Below, piece by piece: positions 26,206-38,325 of a DNA stretch of 64,000 nucleotides (positions are counted from its first letter, which is position 1; every line of letters starts with the position of its first letter). The notes beneath the pieces are model-generated. The model searched no databases and was not told where the DNA came from. It saw only the letters and a list, made by a program, of their open reading frames with translations. The stretch is taken from positions 55,242,001-55,306,000 of the forward strand of contig OZ320317.1 in the NCBI GenBank assembly GCA_976226885.1. The letters are read 5' to 3'. The stretch is from Iphione sp. A-MEVVRFRX5 (Eukaryota). Both the position numbers and the translations under genes were made by a program.

Positions 26206-28011
26206 CCCATGAAGACCAACAATCAGAATTCACAAAGTCACTTAGACTCCAACGAGACAAATTATCAGCCACAACATTGTCCTTGGTTGCAATGTAATCT
26301 GCGGACAATTTAATATTATACACCATACAAAGCCAGAAAATATCTTTAATCCACCACATACAGACAACATTGCTGCTACTTCCTGTACGAATCATATGCA
26401 TAACTTGGGTGTTATCCACCCTAAACAAGATTGATTTACCCCTCCAAACTTCTTTCCATCTTCTCAAGCTGATCAAAACTGGCCATAACTCATACACATT
26501 AATGTTCTTCTCTTTCAAAGGAGTAGATGGTGTGGGCTCCACGTGTCCACACCCAACTTGACTCATCTCTTGATTCCATAAACCAACAAACCAATCACTT
26601 CCAAAATGTCCACCAAAGCCACATAAAAAATCCGGGTCATTCCAAGATATTATTTTCCCTGTCCCATTGAACAGGCTGGCAAAAGATTTCCACCAGTCCA
26701 AATCATTCCTTACTTGAGCTTCCAGGTTCACCTTCCTATTATTTCTAGGCAGTTGCTCTACAAACCTGAATAAGTTCCTACAAAAGGTCCTGCCTCCACT
26801 TATAATGTTGGCACAATGAGAGAGGTACCCAGATAACTTTTCACCCTCTTTCCTGTTGATCTTACCCTTTGTTAGGACATCTTCAAGTAGAGACCTCATT
26901 TTTTCTAACTTGCCCTCAGGAAGTCTAAGTGACATGGAACATGAATCAATCTCAATCCCTAAGAAGACACATCTCCTACATGGATTAGTCACCTTCTTCC
27001 ATGCAACCTTCAGACCAAGATTAGAAATTACGTCAGTCAACATATCTCTTTTTGCCATGCAATCATCATACGACTGTCCACAAACAACTAAATCGTCAAG
27101 ATAATTAACAATTTTCTCATCAAGCCAAAAAGAATATTCCTGGACTATAAAATTAGACAAATTAGTAAAGATGAAAGGGGCGCATCTCAAACCAAAAGTT
27201 AGAGTATTGCTCACATAATACCTCAGTTTCCCATCCACTGTCCACGTGAAACCTTGGAAACGCCTACAATCTTCCCTAACATAAACAGACCTGTAAGCAT
27301 TGCTCACATCAACTACACTGAGGTAATCACCTTCCCTTAAAACCTCACAGACACTATTTACTGACCTGTAAGTAAAGTCTTGAAAAACCGAGTCCATAAA
27401 ATTATTAATGCTTTCACCTAAAGGACGGGAACAATCTGTAATCGGTCTAAGAGAACCATCTGATTTGGGTTCCCCCCCCCCATAGCGTGAACACATTGAG
27501 GCCTCTCAAACACTTCACTAATGAACCCAGCCTGCAGTTCTGATTCAATTTTACAACTCATCTGAGAGTAAAAAGGGTCCTCTAGGATTGACTTATAGTT
27601 CTTACAGAAGTACGATCCTTCGAAACCCTCATCAACAATCCTAAAACCGTTGACTACTCCTTCCCAAATATAGGACCTCGAGGTGATATCTAATTTCCCA
27701 AAGGCACAGCCCCTGAAAAATCTGCAAGGTAGAAGATCACTCTGCACATTACCTATAGCATGTTTACAATTGCAAGTTCCTTTCATGCAACTATCATAGA
27801 CTTTAATTAATTGTCTATCACTGAAAATGACATACAACAAATTATCATCAATATTGCCAGCGGGTGTAACTGAGTCGGCCTGAAAAATATACCATTTATT
27901 TGACTCCAATTTCAGGTCATTATGCAGACACATAAAATCACAAACACCCATATTCTCGAAATTAATGTCATTACAAGTGGCTACCAGGGTAAATTCTGGG
28001 AACAGCAACAA
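26156..28011 (-). pseudogene. pol: Ngaro reverse transcriptase/RNase H, frameshifted at a G10 run (27472-27481)
   Basis: ...QCVHAMG / PKSDGSLRPITDCSRP, LTFGLRCAPFIF, VNYLDD, FLGIEID, GFGGHFGSDWF, INVYELWPV, RVDNTQV, NVVADNLSR. The expected RNase H TDAS motif is missing. Confidence 0.85.
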
Positions 28012-28069
28012 GTTTTTCGTAGGTGCGTCTGGAACATCATCACATAGTCATTTCATCATCATCACATAG

Positions 28070-29134
28070 TCATTTCTTACTACTCTTTGACTCCTTTGAT
28101 TTGTCAACATTATCAATGTTACTAGGACATTCGAAAGCTTTGTGATCAGAGTTACCACAAACCAAGCAGGCATGTTTGAAGGCACAGGACGAATCACTAC
28201 AGGTACCATTATTGAAACGATAACACACCTTTTCACTCTTATGAACGCTGTCAGCAGCTTTACGTGGCTTCACTCTATTTTTACTGTTTGCACCTTGTTG
28301 CGCTCCGCTCAACATCATATCAAAAGAGAAATGCGATCTAATGAGCTCATCATCACCAAACTTAAACTCTGACAAACCCTTCTTGCTGGCTCTTTTCCGC
28401 ATGTCAGCATCGTTGTCAATAAAAGATGAGTCTTTATAAACGTTTCTCACCCTTTTCTCAAGCAAAAACAACAAATGGTCGACGTAACCGGAAATGTCCT
28501 TCTCCTTTTTAAGGTGCCGCTTCAGCAATTTCATCGATCCAAACATAAGCTGGTCAAAATGATCGATCTTTTTCAATTTAGCAGCATATTCGATGTCAAA
28601 GTCTCTCTTCTTACCCTTTGACCGTTTTCTCTTTCTTTTCGTCTCCTCCTCAATATCAGAGGACAAAGAATCATCAGAACTAGTTTCACTCGGCACGGCT
28701 GGACCAGGCACTGGCGTGGAAACATCAACATCCGCCTCCTTCGACAATGATGACGGAGCCATTTTTGTACCACTACCATTACCATTCGAAGCCAGGAAAG
28801 CAGAGAACATAGTCTCCAACCTTCCCATCCTGTTAGACAGGTCCAAGATATCACCACTTTCAGCCACAGGAACAGACATTTCTGCCCTTTGCATACCATT
28901 CGTAGTAACCGGAGGTAAAATACCATTCACAACATCGAAATCCTTCGAAGAAACATCCTCAACAATGTTGAGATCCAGTCTACATTTTTTCCCCACAGGG
29001 GAAGCGTGTTTGCGATCACACCTGCAACAATATCTCGCCATAACCAAGCCAGTGAAACAACACGTCCACCTCCTAAGAAAATTCAGAGTGGAATAACGGT
29101 TAGTAACAATATGTTCCTTTGGTCGATACATCAT
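28070..29134 (-). CDS. gag: Ngaro ORF1/gag-like protein (likely start MARY at about 29041)
   Basis: N-terminal CRCDRKHASPVGKKC and C-terminal CYRFNNGTCSDSSCAFKHACLVCGNSDHKAFEC zinc-finger motifs typical of DIRS-order ORF1. Confidence 0.8.
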   Translation of the reverse strand: MMYRPKEHIVTNRYSTLNFLRRWTCCFTGLVMARYCCRCDRKHASPVGKKCRLDLNIVEDVSSKDFDVVNGILPPVTTNGMQRAEMSVPVAESGDILDLSNRMGRLETMFSAFLASNGNGSGTKMAPSSLSKEADVDVSTPVPGPAVPSETSSDDSLSSDIEEETKRKRKRSKGKKRDFDIEYAAKLKKIDHFDQLMFGSMKLLKRHLKKEKDISGYVDHLLFLLEKRVRNVYKDSSFIDNDADMRKRASKKGLSEFKFGDDELIRSHFSFDMMLSGAQQGANSKNRVKPRKAADSVHKSEKVCYRFNNGTCSDSSCAFKHACLVCGNSDHKAFECPSNIDNVDKSKESKSSKK

Positions 29135-30731
29135 AGATACAGGTAGCGGTTGTCATGTGGATACGCTATGTTGTCTTGGTATCCAAACAATATTCAAATA
29201 AACACCTTATTCGACATATATATAAACCATATTGAATGGATTTCGGTTACACAGGTGTGGAAATATGCAATCACAACGTTTTCATCAAGGTAGAGCAACC
29301 GTTTGAAATGGTATTTAGTCAGACAACAGTCATTAAGTGACACTATGGGAGAAAGCCAATCATTACAATGCACCTAAATCCTTAAACATTGTACATATAC
29401 TTTGTTTTATCAATTTAGGTATGTATTCCATATACAGCTGAACCCCATCAGAGTTGCAATATATTCTCATTAATCAGACCCTAACGAAATTACCAATTAT
29501 TTTACACTTTAAAATGTACTACATATCTGGCATTTGCTATCCATAACCATAATGTATTTCAAGCCATTTAAACTTAATTTATATAGAAAATAATCATAGT
29601 TAACCGGATGAGGGAGAATAAAGAAACTGTTAGGCATTAGAGTGTGTATATACAGTACAATGGAAGAGACAACAGAGCACAGAGTGAATAACAATGGTTA
29701 AAAGTAACATACACATGCAGGAAATATGGGCTGTGACATCCTAAAGGAAGTGACAACACAGCGTGGAGTGACTAACATAGGTTAAAAGCAACATACACAT
29801 GTGCGACATGCAGGCCATGGCCTCCTATAAGAAGAGAGGGCAGAGCAACCAACATAGGTTAAAACAGCATTAATTTCTTTACTTTCTACTTAAAAGGGTT
29901 GTACATTTTACTACTATGCAAGTTTTCCCTGCCAGAAGATGCATGGATAGCGATTTCGGCAACCGGATGTTTCATCATCTGTACAAAATAATGGAGGTAC
30001 TCTGGTTAATGCGGTTTGCCTGTAATTCTGTTTGTATGGAATCATTATCACATTTAGTAATATTGACAACACATTTTTGTTTATATCTAAGGTACACAGA
30101 ACTGAACCCAGTTGTAATGGCAAGCATGTCTTAGACAGGGTTCGAACTTCACAATTACCCATTGGCCATTATTTTGTAATTTTTTTTACTGTGTGAGTCA
30201 ACATGTGTTTGTCCCAGGTAAGTAATTGGGAAAATTTATTTTTCGAACCTAGCTTTCAGACTGAGGAAAACATCACGTAGGCCAAAATCAATCCGCTAAT
30301 TGTTTTAGGGGTCAATGTTAAAAAAGCACTTTCACAACAATAATAGTATTTTTGTACAGCACTATATTGAGTTCCCTGCTAAACTACATTTTTAAAAAAA
30401 GACTAAAAACAAGATCCACCTCGGGGCTAGGATTTTCGGAATTATCTAGATAAGACGATTCTATGTACCACTGCTGACTTCCTCTGATTTTTAGTATGCT
30501 CTATGCCGGTGCAACACTAAATCTGACAATAGTGATCAGCTTCTCAACATAGTTTGCACAGATTTCTACTCTGGTTTTAACGTATACCAGTCACAACTTC
30601 TATAGAAAGGTTCTAATTGAAAGGTTTTTGATTCATCATCGAATAACAGTCCTGATAGTGTAGACATTATCAGAGAATAACATTATAAGACTTAATTGCT
30701 CATTGCTCCTAATAACAAAACTATGCCTGTT

Positions 30732-30961
30732 AAGCCCTTTTTAAAAAAATTGTTTTCCGGTAACCCAACCAACCCAAATATTTGGGTCTTGGCATTCACA
30801 TAAAAACCAGTTTTATTAAAATCTAAGCAGTATAAATGATGCTACCATATACATTTGTTGCTGTCAGTAGGAATTTACGTTGGAAATGAAAGAAAAAAAA
30901 TTTCACCTACCTACCGACCCTATATTTTTCAGCTTGTAACCGGAAACAGTTTTTTTAGGCA
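30732..30961. mobile_element. MITE-like element with imperfect TIRs
   Basis: TTTTCCGGTAACCCAACC near the left end and GTAACCGGAAACAGTTTTTTTAGGC at the right end; related to 111-155. Confidence 0.5.
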
Positions 30962-32860
30962 CAACGATATGTAATGCACTATACTGTCCCTGAAATAATC
31001 TATTTAAGTAGGTTAGCCATAAATGTTGCTGACAGGGGGCCTGAGAACTACCCTGCAATGGAGACTTCTACCAGAGCATTCCGTGAAAACTTTCTGTGTA
31101 TGATTTCTTCTATAAGCCGAGGCTAGGTGGAGGCTCATCCATTAGGATTCTTTTTCTGGTATGATAAATATCTCTAAGCTACTCACTTGTCATGACTTTG
31201 CTACAGTATGGACACAACAGTGTGTAACAACAATATAATCAGACCTAATATTGGCTCTTAGAGATTACCTTTGTCAGTTTTTATATATATTGTGAAAGTG
31301 CTATCACATCTAAGCCCCGTAGGTTGAAAGGCTTGGGGGATCATACATGTGTAAGTCCATTAGCCCGAGACTGTAGCTTTCGTCATGTCAGGAGAGGACA
31401 ATTAACACAAAAGTATGAAAGTACACAGGTACACAAAAGAGTCACATAGAGTATAGGCTCCATAGCCTGCAATTTCAGGCCATGCAGAAGAACTGATGGA
31501 TATTCCTTTATCTTACATTGGTCAGTCACTGATCACCCTACATTCTCCTTACTTGGTTTATGTCCATTCATTCCCTATTAGCGAATCCCTGCGTCCCCCA
31601 TATGTGTTACTGGCCTTTTCAATCGGGTGATCAAATGTTTTTGGTGTGTTGCTTTGCCAATGTTCCTTAGTGTGTTACTTTGTTGCAAATCATAGAAATC
31701 TAAAATTTGTTAGAATCATTCGTTTATTGAGTAACATTTTATCAATGAAATATCCTTTTATTGGTTGTAGCTCCAAGGGAGACATTTTAATTGGCTGCTG
31801 CCTGGTTTGAGATTATGTAAAAAGATAAACCTGACTGAGGAATAAATAGTACGGAACTGGATTCTAGTGTGTTCACATCTTTATTATCCACCTCCTACAA
31901 GATGATAGGTTATCATAAGCTTGTATCTCTAACCAAGAGTATGGGTCAGTTCTATGGGTAATGAGTCATGGTCGGTGTTAGAGAATTTTCAAAAATACAC
32001 CTAAACACTTATTATCCTTTATGTTACAATGGAGACATTGTATAATTAGTCCAGTCTAAGTGAATATGTCTAAGCATATCTTCAAGTTTGGGACCAGTAT
32101 TGGACAATGTCAGTAGACGTTTTACTACATGCCGTTCAGCACTAAATATTTTAGTTGATCATAAAAGTTACCTGAAAAAAGTTCTTTGTTTTTCCTATCA
32201 TCTTGGAATAACATTTCACTTCTTGTTCATTACAAGATGAATGTTAAACTTTTGTGAATTGTGAATTGGTATACGTTTCAGGCCACTTGGAAATCTTACT
32301 ACTTTAATATAACTCCCACTCGGCAACACAATAACAGTTTATGTAGTTCATTTAAAATATTGTACGGTTTTACCACTGTGCCAATGATTTCGCTAGCTAG
32401 AAATCATATTAATAATGTACCATACTGTCAGGATGTCCGACAGGGGTCATCTGATGCAACCTGTCAGGGTTCACTTGGTGCAGGAGGAATTTGGGGTCAT
32501 TTAATGTGAGTTGGGAGTTCAAGGAGTGCGAGACATGAAAGTGTCTGTACATAAGACTCATGTAATATTTGCATAATACTGGAGTGCATTGGATGAGGCC
32601 GATTGGTTGATTGCAGTACCTACTGTCTGACTAATGTTTATCAATCCATTTTGTTGCTACTTTATAAAAAGAAGGGAATTTTGTGGGCCTTTGTGAAGAC
32701 AGGTGTTGGGAGCACAGCCATGATGTACAAGTACATGTTATATATAAAATCATCACTCATATCATACTTATAGTTCTGTAAACACACTGTAACGTAAATT
32801 GACACTACCTGCAGCGCTACCTGATTAGTTAATTCTTTCTTGTAATCTTTAAACGTCGGG

Positions 32861-32984
32861 TTTAACGAAGGAATTGAGTTCCTGGTGTGGAAGTTTAGAC
32901 ACGAAACCCAGGGGTTGGACGCAGTCCAACCCCGAGGAGTTGAGTGACTAAACTTCCCACCAGGAACGAAATGGAGTCGTTAAA
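32861..32984. repeat. Nested imperfect palindrome at the Crypton 3' end
   Basis: GTTCCTGGTG(T)GGAAGTTTAG pairs with CTAAACTTCCCACCAGGAAC; inner GGGGTTGGAC-GCA-GTCCAACCCC; outer TTTAACGA/TCGTTAAA. Confidence 0.85.
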
Positions 32985-33351
32985 TTCGGTTCTAATGCTA
33001 TTTCCACCCAAGAATTACTCTGAAATATGTTTTAATGGCAATGAACAAAGTGACACACTGAATACCATACCCGGGGACGCCATCTTGGATGTTTATTTTG
33101 CTCAGAACTTGTATCAGCCTGTGCTATTGGCTGGCATCTCGGAATAACCTCAAAGCAACAGGGAATCATTAATGCGTAAAACGTATAAAGATTAGACACT
33201 TTTAGTCCGTTTTCTGCAACATATGCGAATTATTTTTAAAAATCCAACTACAAAAAAAACACTTATCGTCTCTCTCGCGTGAACTGACACCACTTCCGGC
33301 TTGTTCAAAAAATGTAAATATGCAGGTTACTGACGCTACATAGCGTAATGT

Positions 33352-34988
33352 CTACTTGTTGTACGTGATGTTGAAGGTGCAATTGTTAAGAGTCGGTGAC
33401 CCCGAGAAAAGGGTATGCAGGATTTCTTCGTTCTTCATAGTATTATGGACTTTATGGACCGTTTGTGTCAGCGGAAAGTCCATATCCGAATCGCCTCCAC
33501 CGCATGCTGCTCCTGCCGACTCCATCTTGATTACCGGCTGACCCACTTTTTCTGGATCAGCTGTTTCACTCTTACTGCCCGCACCATACACGGATAGTGC
33601 ATTCGACATCGTCTTTTTCACGATTTTGCTCGGACTACCCAAGTAATGCTTGAGAGAGGCAGCATTTTTGTGGCCCGTAACTGATTGGATCTACTCTACC
33701 GAAAACCCAGCACGCTCCAACGTTGTCACGCACGTTCGGAGTATGGTGTGGTTAGTGTACTTTTTTGAAAGGCCCGCCTCCTTGCTCATTGTGGCCATCA
33801 TGTTGAATAAGGTGTTGATGCCCACCGGACAGTTGTCGTACCAAGATTTCATTCCTGAGTCGATGAACTTTTTTGGCCTTTGGAAAAACGCATCACAGGC
33901 CGGGTTCAATAGATCCACGTACTTCTTGAAACTCGCCACCGGACATCGACGCGGATCTTCAGGTAGGGCGTACATTGTTTTTTCAACGTCCTCTTCGTCT
34001 TTTTTTAGGCCTGATCTCGTTTTTTCCTGTTCATTGTAACTCATTGTCACAAATTCAAGTCCCGCTGCATCCGTTTCGATTTTGAAAGAGTTGCGTTTCA
34101 GGTAACGCAACCCCTCCCTACCCCTTCGTCCGAAATGAAATAGTAACTCGAAAAACACTTTCCTCTGCAGTCCGGTCGGGGTGTCATTGAAAAGTCTCTC
34201 ATATAAGAGTGAAACATCTTCTGGTTCTATCACTGGCTTGTGACTCGTTTTATCGTTCCCGGTCCACCGGATGCGGGCCATATAGCCATCATAGGCCAGG
34301 TTGGCTTGTCTGAACGCACTGTCTTTCATTATGTTGATATTTCGGCAGAAAGGGGGTCCGACAAGATGACGTTGAATCCCACAGCGTATATTCTTGTAAG
34401 CTGACTTCGAGTACATTTCCAGATCCTTTTTTCGTACACCCGTGTAGAATCTCTCCAGAATGCCAGCGAGTTCACTATCACCGATACCCTCGAACTCCAG
34501 CAGGAGGCCCACATCCGTCAGCCAGTCTGCAAAAATAATTGCACTAAACATTACTATAGGTTATTTCAGGGTGCCCCGCCCCCTTCAAGTAAATACATAT
34601 GGCAACAATACAAACCTTGTAGGATTTTTACAGCCCACTTAGTCTGGTTGACTGTTCCTTTGCGGTTAACTTCCTGCTTTAGCGCGTTCACCTCCTCCTC
34701 TGCTGGCATATAAAAACGACCACTACCAGCCCCCTTAGGTTTTTTCTCAATATTTTCGGAATTCTCCTCCAGATCCATATCTTCTACCGCCAACAAGTCT
34801 AGTCCGATGTTGAAAGTTGGCACCGCCTCACGCTCCAGTTCATCACAGCGTACCGAGTTCTTCTGTCCCGTTAGGACATCCTGTACGTCGCACACATCCA
34901 TTTCAAAACCTTGTGGCCGATATATTTCGGTTACTTTTACGTTCCGTCCATATAAATGGCATATTTCGCCCCTCTTTGGTAGATCCAT
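33352..34988 (-). pseudogene. Crypton DUF3504/KCTD1-like tyrosine recombinase gene, 2 exons (34988-34616, 34526-33352), with in-frame TAG at 33691-33693
   Basis: Intron 34527-34615 (G|GTTTGT...TTTTTGCAG|) joins TKWAVKILQ-D-WLTD. Motifs FYTGVRKKD..Y, HFGRRGRE, CPVASFKKY, WYDNCPVG, YTNH, then after the stop IQSVTGHKNAASLKHY (catalytic H/Y) and C-terminal LNNCTFNI. Confidence 0.88.
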
Positions 34989-36174
34989 CTTGCTATGGCG
35001 GTATATTGCAAATCAATTTGCCCGCTCAAATGGTTGCCATGGTTCTAGTTCCGGTTTCGTATGAACTGCCAATGACCGTTATCCTCTCATAAAGTCGAAT
35101 ATAATTATTGCCGTGATTAGTCTGCCATTTAAAAACGTGCATTTAGTCTCTATCTTTAATATAACCAACATCCTAAATCCCATTAGAACTCTGGGATTCC
35201 CCTTCTATGGCATGTATGAAACAATTTGGGATGGCGCCAAGACCTGCCCAGGAGCGGCTCCTACAGGTCCTACTCTTTTCACCCACCCTGATTCCATTTT
35301 CACTCACTTCCTCCCAGATCGATCTTAGTCAACCTTCACAAATTCCGCTAGGTCCTTTCACCCCTTGTTGCGCTGTGTAAGCCTTAGAATTACTGAGTAG
35401 GCATGTGTGTGTGGGTAGGCACAACGGTACTTATGCACTCTGACACTCAACAATGCTCTTAAACCTACGCTTTGATAAATATATCGTTCTGCCAATGATC
35501 CTTTATACAAATATGTCAGGGTACATATCAAACGATGCCATGCTCACTCACATACACATTCAAACCCCTTTAAAATTTGTCTGTGCATTTCTTGTTTCAC
35601 GGGCGATCCTTATATGCAAAATTATTGAAATGCCAATCTCTTTGCAATAATCTAAACGGACATTTTATATTAGGCAATATGTACTACATCTAAATATCAA
35701 GGATATTTGGGAAAAGCAAATTGCTGCAATACTACTATACTTACTTTGTATGAAACTGGACTACACCTCTCCTCAGTACTGTCACCTGGTGTTTAAGAAA
35801 CATAATGTAATTCACAGTGTCCGTGCTGCGACCGACTAGCGTCAATTCCTAACTAATTGAAACACTCTTGCATTCGGCATCAATGCATTCTGTCGTTTTG
35901 CTTGCGACGCATTCACTGTCATTTAATCTCTGAAGCACGCTAGTTCTGCATCATATCAGCATCATATGAGTACATTCAACCAGGACTTGAAATGTGTGTA
36001 ACACATTCATAACACTGGTATCAATTGAATGTAATGTACTCCATCGGACTTCCTACAAGGATAAGAACACCTGGACGTTCTCCTTCGCAAATGTTTGTTA
36101 AACAGAATTCTACACACATGTACATAAATGTTATATACTGGAAGGAATCTCTCTGACAAAAGACAGGAAATATG

Positions 36175-36325
36175 CAGGCCCATAGCCAAGGGGGTATCGG
36201 GGTATCGTCCGATACCCCTCAAAGCCACTAATGCCTATTTGCCTCTATAGAGAGGAAAAAGTATATGTCCACCTCTGTTGTATGTGGGGTATCTTCCGAT
36301 ACCCCCCAAAAATGTTCCTGGCCTG
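36175..36325. mobile_element. Small MITE-like element of the CAGGCCC-TAGCC family
   Basis: CAGGCCCATAGCCAAGGGGGTATCG...CCTGGCCTG; related copies at 55815-55970 and about 17720-17765. Confidence 0.55.
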
Positions 36326-36380
36326 ATATGCATGTGGTCTCAACTTATGCAACTGCCGAAGCACAGCTTGGAGGAGACTT

Positions 36381-38325
36381 GATTGATTGATTGATTGATT
36401 TCTTTTATTGAGCCTCTCCGTATACAGAGCTGTTCTCGCACAATATTGATGAACAACAGGATGTACAGAATAGATTCAGTATTGGTTTTGTGTACCATTG
36501 CCACGCATTGCAAAATAAACTTCGTATACATCAATCACGTGTTTCCAGTCATCATAACACCCTTGCTTAAGAGATTCATCTGTGTCAGTAGCATATGTTA
36601 ACAGTGTCCCAGTCTACAAAGATTCAGGCAGCTACATACCAGTCCTGCGCACACTTTGCTATGTATGTAAATTGTCCATATACCTTGGGTTTTGCTAGTA
36701 TCATGTAGTGTAGTGCTGCACATACTATCTTGGAATAAGTTACTTCAGTAGTTACATACTTCCACGTCTCATTGTCTGTTTAGGACTGACTCAGCCTTCG
36801 GCACATTGCACAGGTATCGTTGCACTTTGTGTAGTCATCTCAGGAAATAGACCAGATAAGCTCGCTTTGTCACATCAATCTGTGGTCAAACCCTTCAAAT
36901 ATCCAGTAGACCAGAACAACCCACGGTTGCATTACCCCACACAGTACATAATGTCAACGAGTGTCACAGTCTGTCCAATACCTGTCATGTTGCCCCCCTT
37001 CAGCATCACAGTGTGCATCCCATGGCGCTTAATTGCACTGGCTGATCCGGTTTCCTGTTAGTTTCTCCAACTTCTTGAGGCCCTGGGGCAAACCATTCCA
37101 CATTTTTGCCCCCTCATACCTCAGAGATCTTGCATACGCACTGTTTTTGGGTTTCGCCAGTTTGACTCGCGGACCAGTCCCCGTCCTTGTCTGGTGTCTG
37201 GTAGCCATCGGAAACTGTCCGTGGGCGACCAGTCGGTGTACAACCGCCAGCCCCCTAGTGCGGATGATCTCTTCAACCGTCCCAATGCGCAGTATCTCTC
37301 TCAGCCTGACTGCGCTTAGGAAATCTCCCACCTGAAGTGCCATTCTCGAGCACCTATTCAGGTGTATCTGGAGATCTCTGATCAGCCTGGGTTTGCACCC
37401 GAAGTAGACTGATCCATTGTAATTCAGGTGACTTAGTACCAGTGCTTTAAACAGGATGGCGCGGCACTTCATCGGGATTATCTTTTTTGCTCTGGCCAAC
37501 ATAATTGATATCCCCCATGCTTTGGCCTTCACCTGCTTCACACTACTCCTGAAGGTTAGCCCCGGATCCACCAGGTACCCCAGGAGGTTCAGGTTTTCCG
37601 GCCGTTGGATTTTTTGACCGTTCACTGTGAGGTCTAAGTCGAACTTGCTTGCTCTGCCAAGCGCAATGTACTGGCATTTGGCTTCGTTTAAAATGAAACC
37701 ATTCTCATTGCACCAGTTGCTCACCGTCCTTGATGCTGTCTGCGCTACAGCGCGCAGGCGCAGCATGTCACCAGAAGAGCAAACCACAGTTAGGTCGTCC
37801 GCGTAGAGAGTTCCAGTGGCCCCCACAGGCAAGCTCCTTACAATGGAATCCGCAGCTAATGTGAAGGCCAAGGGGCCTAGCACGGAGCCCTGCGGGACTC
37901 CGTACTTGAGATTGCGCACCATTGACTCCCCCTCTCCGCAGCGCACAAACTGGCGCCTGCCACTCAGATAACTCCGCATCGTTTCAATCCATCGACCACC
38001 AATGTTCGCATCCCTAAGCCTCTGGAGTATCAGTTCGTGCTGCACTAAGTCAAAGGCCTTACTAAAGTCGTACGCAATAGCGCACACATAGCGGCCGTTG
38101 TTCATCTCATCCCAGCATTTTGACAGGATTCCGTTTATGGCGGTTTCCGTGCTACGGTTTGGCACAAAACCATGCTGGTGTGCGCCAATAATGCCTTGCT
38201 GAAGCAAGAACGGTCGGAGATGCTATGCAAACCAGGTTTCCCATAGTTTGCCTGGCAGTGGTAGTATTGACACTGGTCGGTAATTACCTACCACTGCCGC
38301 ATCTCCCTTTTTATGTACCGGCAAA
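36381..38325 (-). mobile_element. 5'-truncated CR1/L2-group LINE (RT region, 3' UTR, (AATC)5 tail)
   Basis: PVHKKGD..NYRPVSILP (in-frame TAG at 38223-38225), QHGF, YDFSKAFD, GVPQGSVLGP, YADD, LLGY, C-terminal WNGLP (ORF 37029-38207). Minus-strand AATAAA (36404-36409) is followed by (AATC)5; linking the tail to this copy is inferred. Confidence 0.85.

Larger units (their letters stand above)
24954..29219 (-). mobile_element. Ngaro-type (DIRS order) tyrosine-recombinase retrotransposon with split direct repeats A1-[gag, RT/RH, YR]-B1-A2-B2
   Basis: A1 29075-29219 and A2 25028-25172 (145 bp, 6 mismatches); B1 25169-25225 and B2 24954-25010 (57 bp, identical). ORF order gag, pol, YR with overlapping frames. 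Confidence 0.92.
32822..35121 (-). mobile_element. Crypton (tyrosine-recombinase DNA transposon); boundaries tentative
   Basis: Contains the YR gene below. TGATTAGT occurs as a direct repeat at 32822-32829 and 35114-35121, and a long subterminal palindrome lies at 32861-32984. Confidence 0.6.

Noticed and set aside
28593-29096. 167-aa + strand ORF (likewise 37033-37335 and the + ORFs over Gypsy pol)
   Set aside because: Antisense shadows of real coding regions.
31000-32700. Possible exons or decayed coding sequence between Ngaro and Crypton
   Set aside because: Candidate splice sites did not give a consistent open frame.
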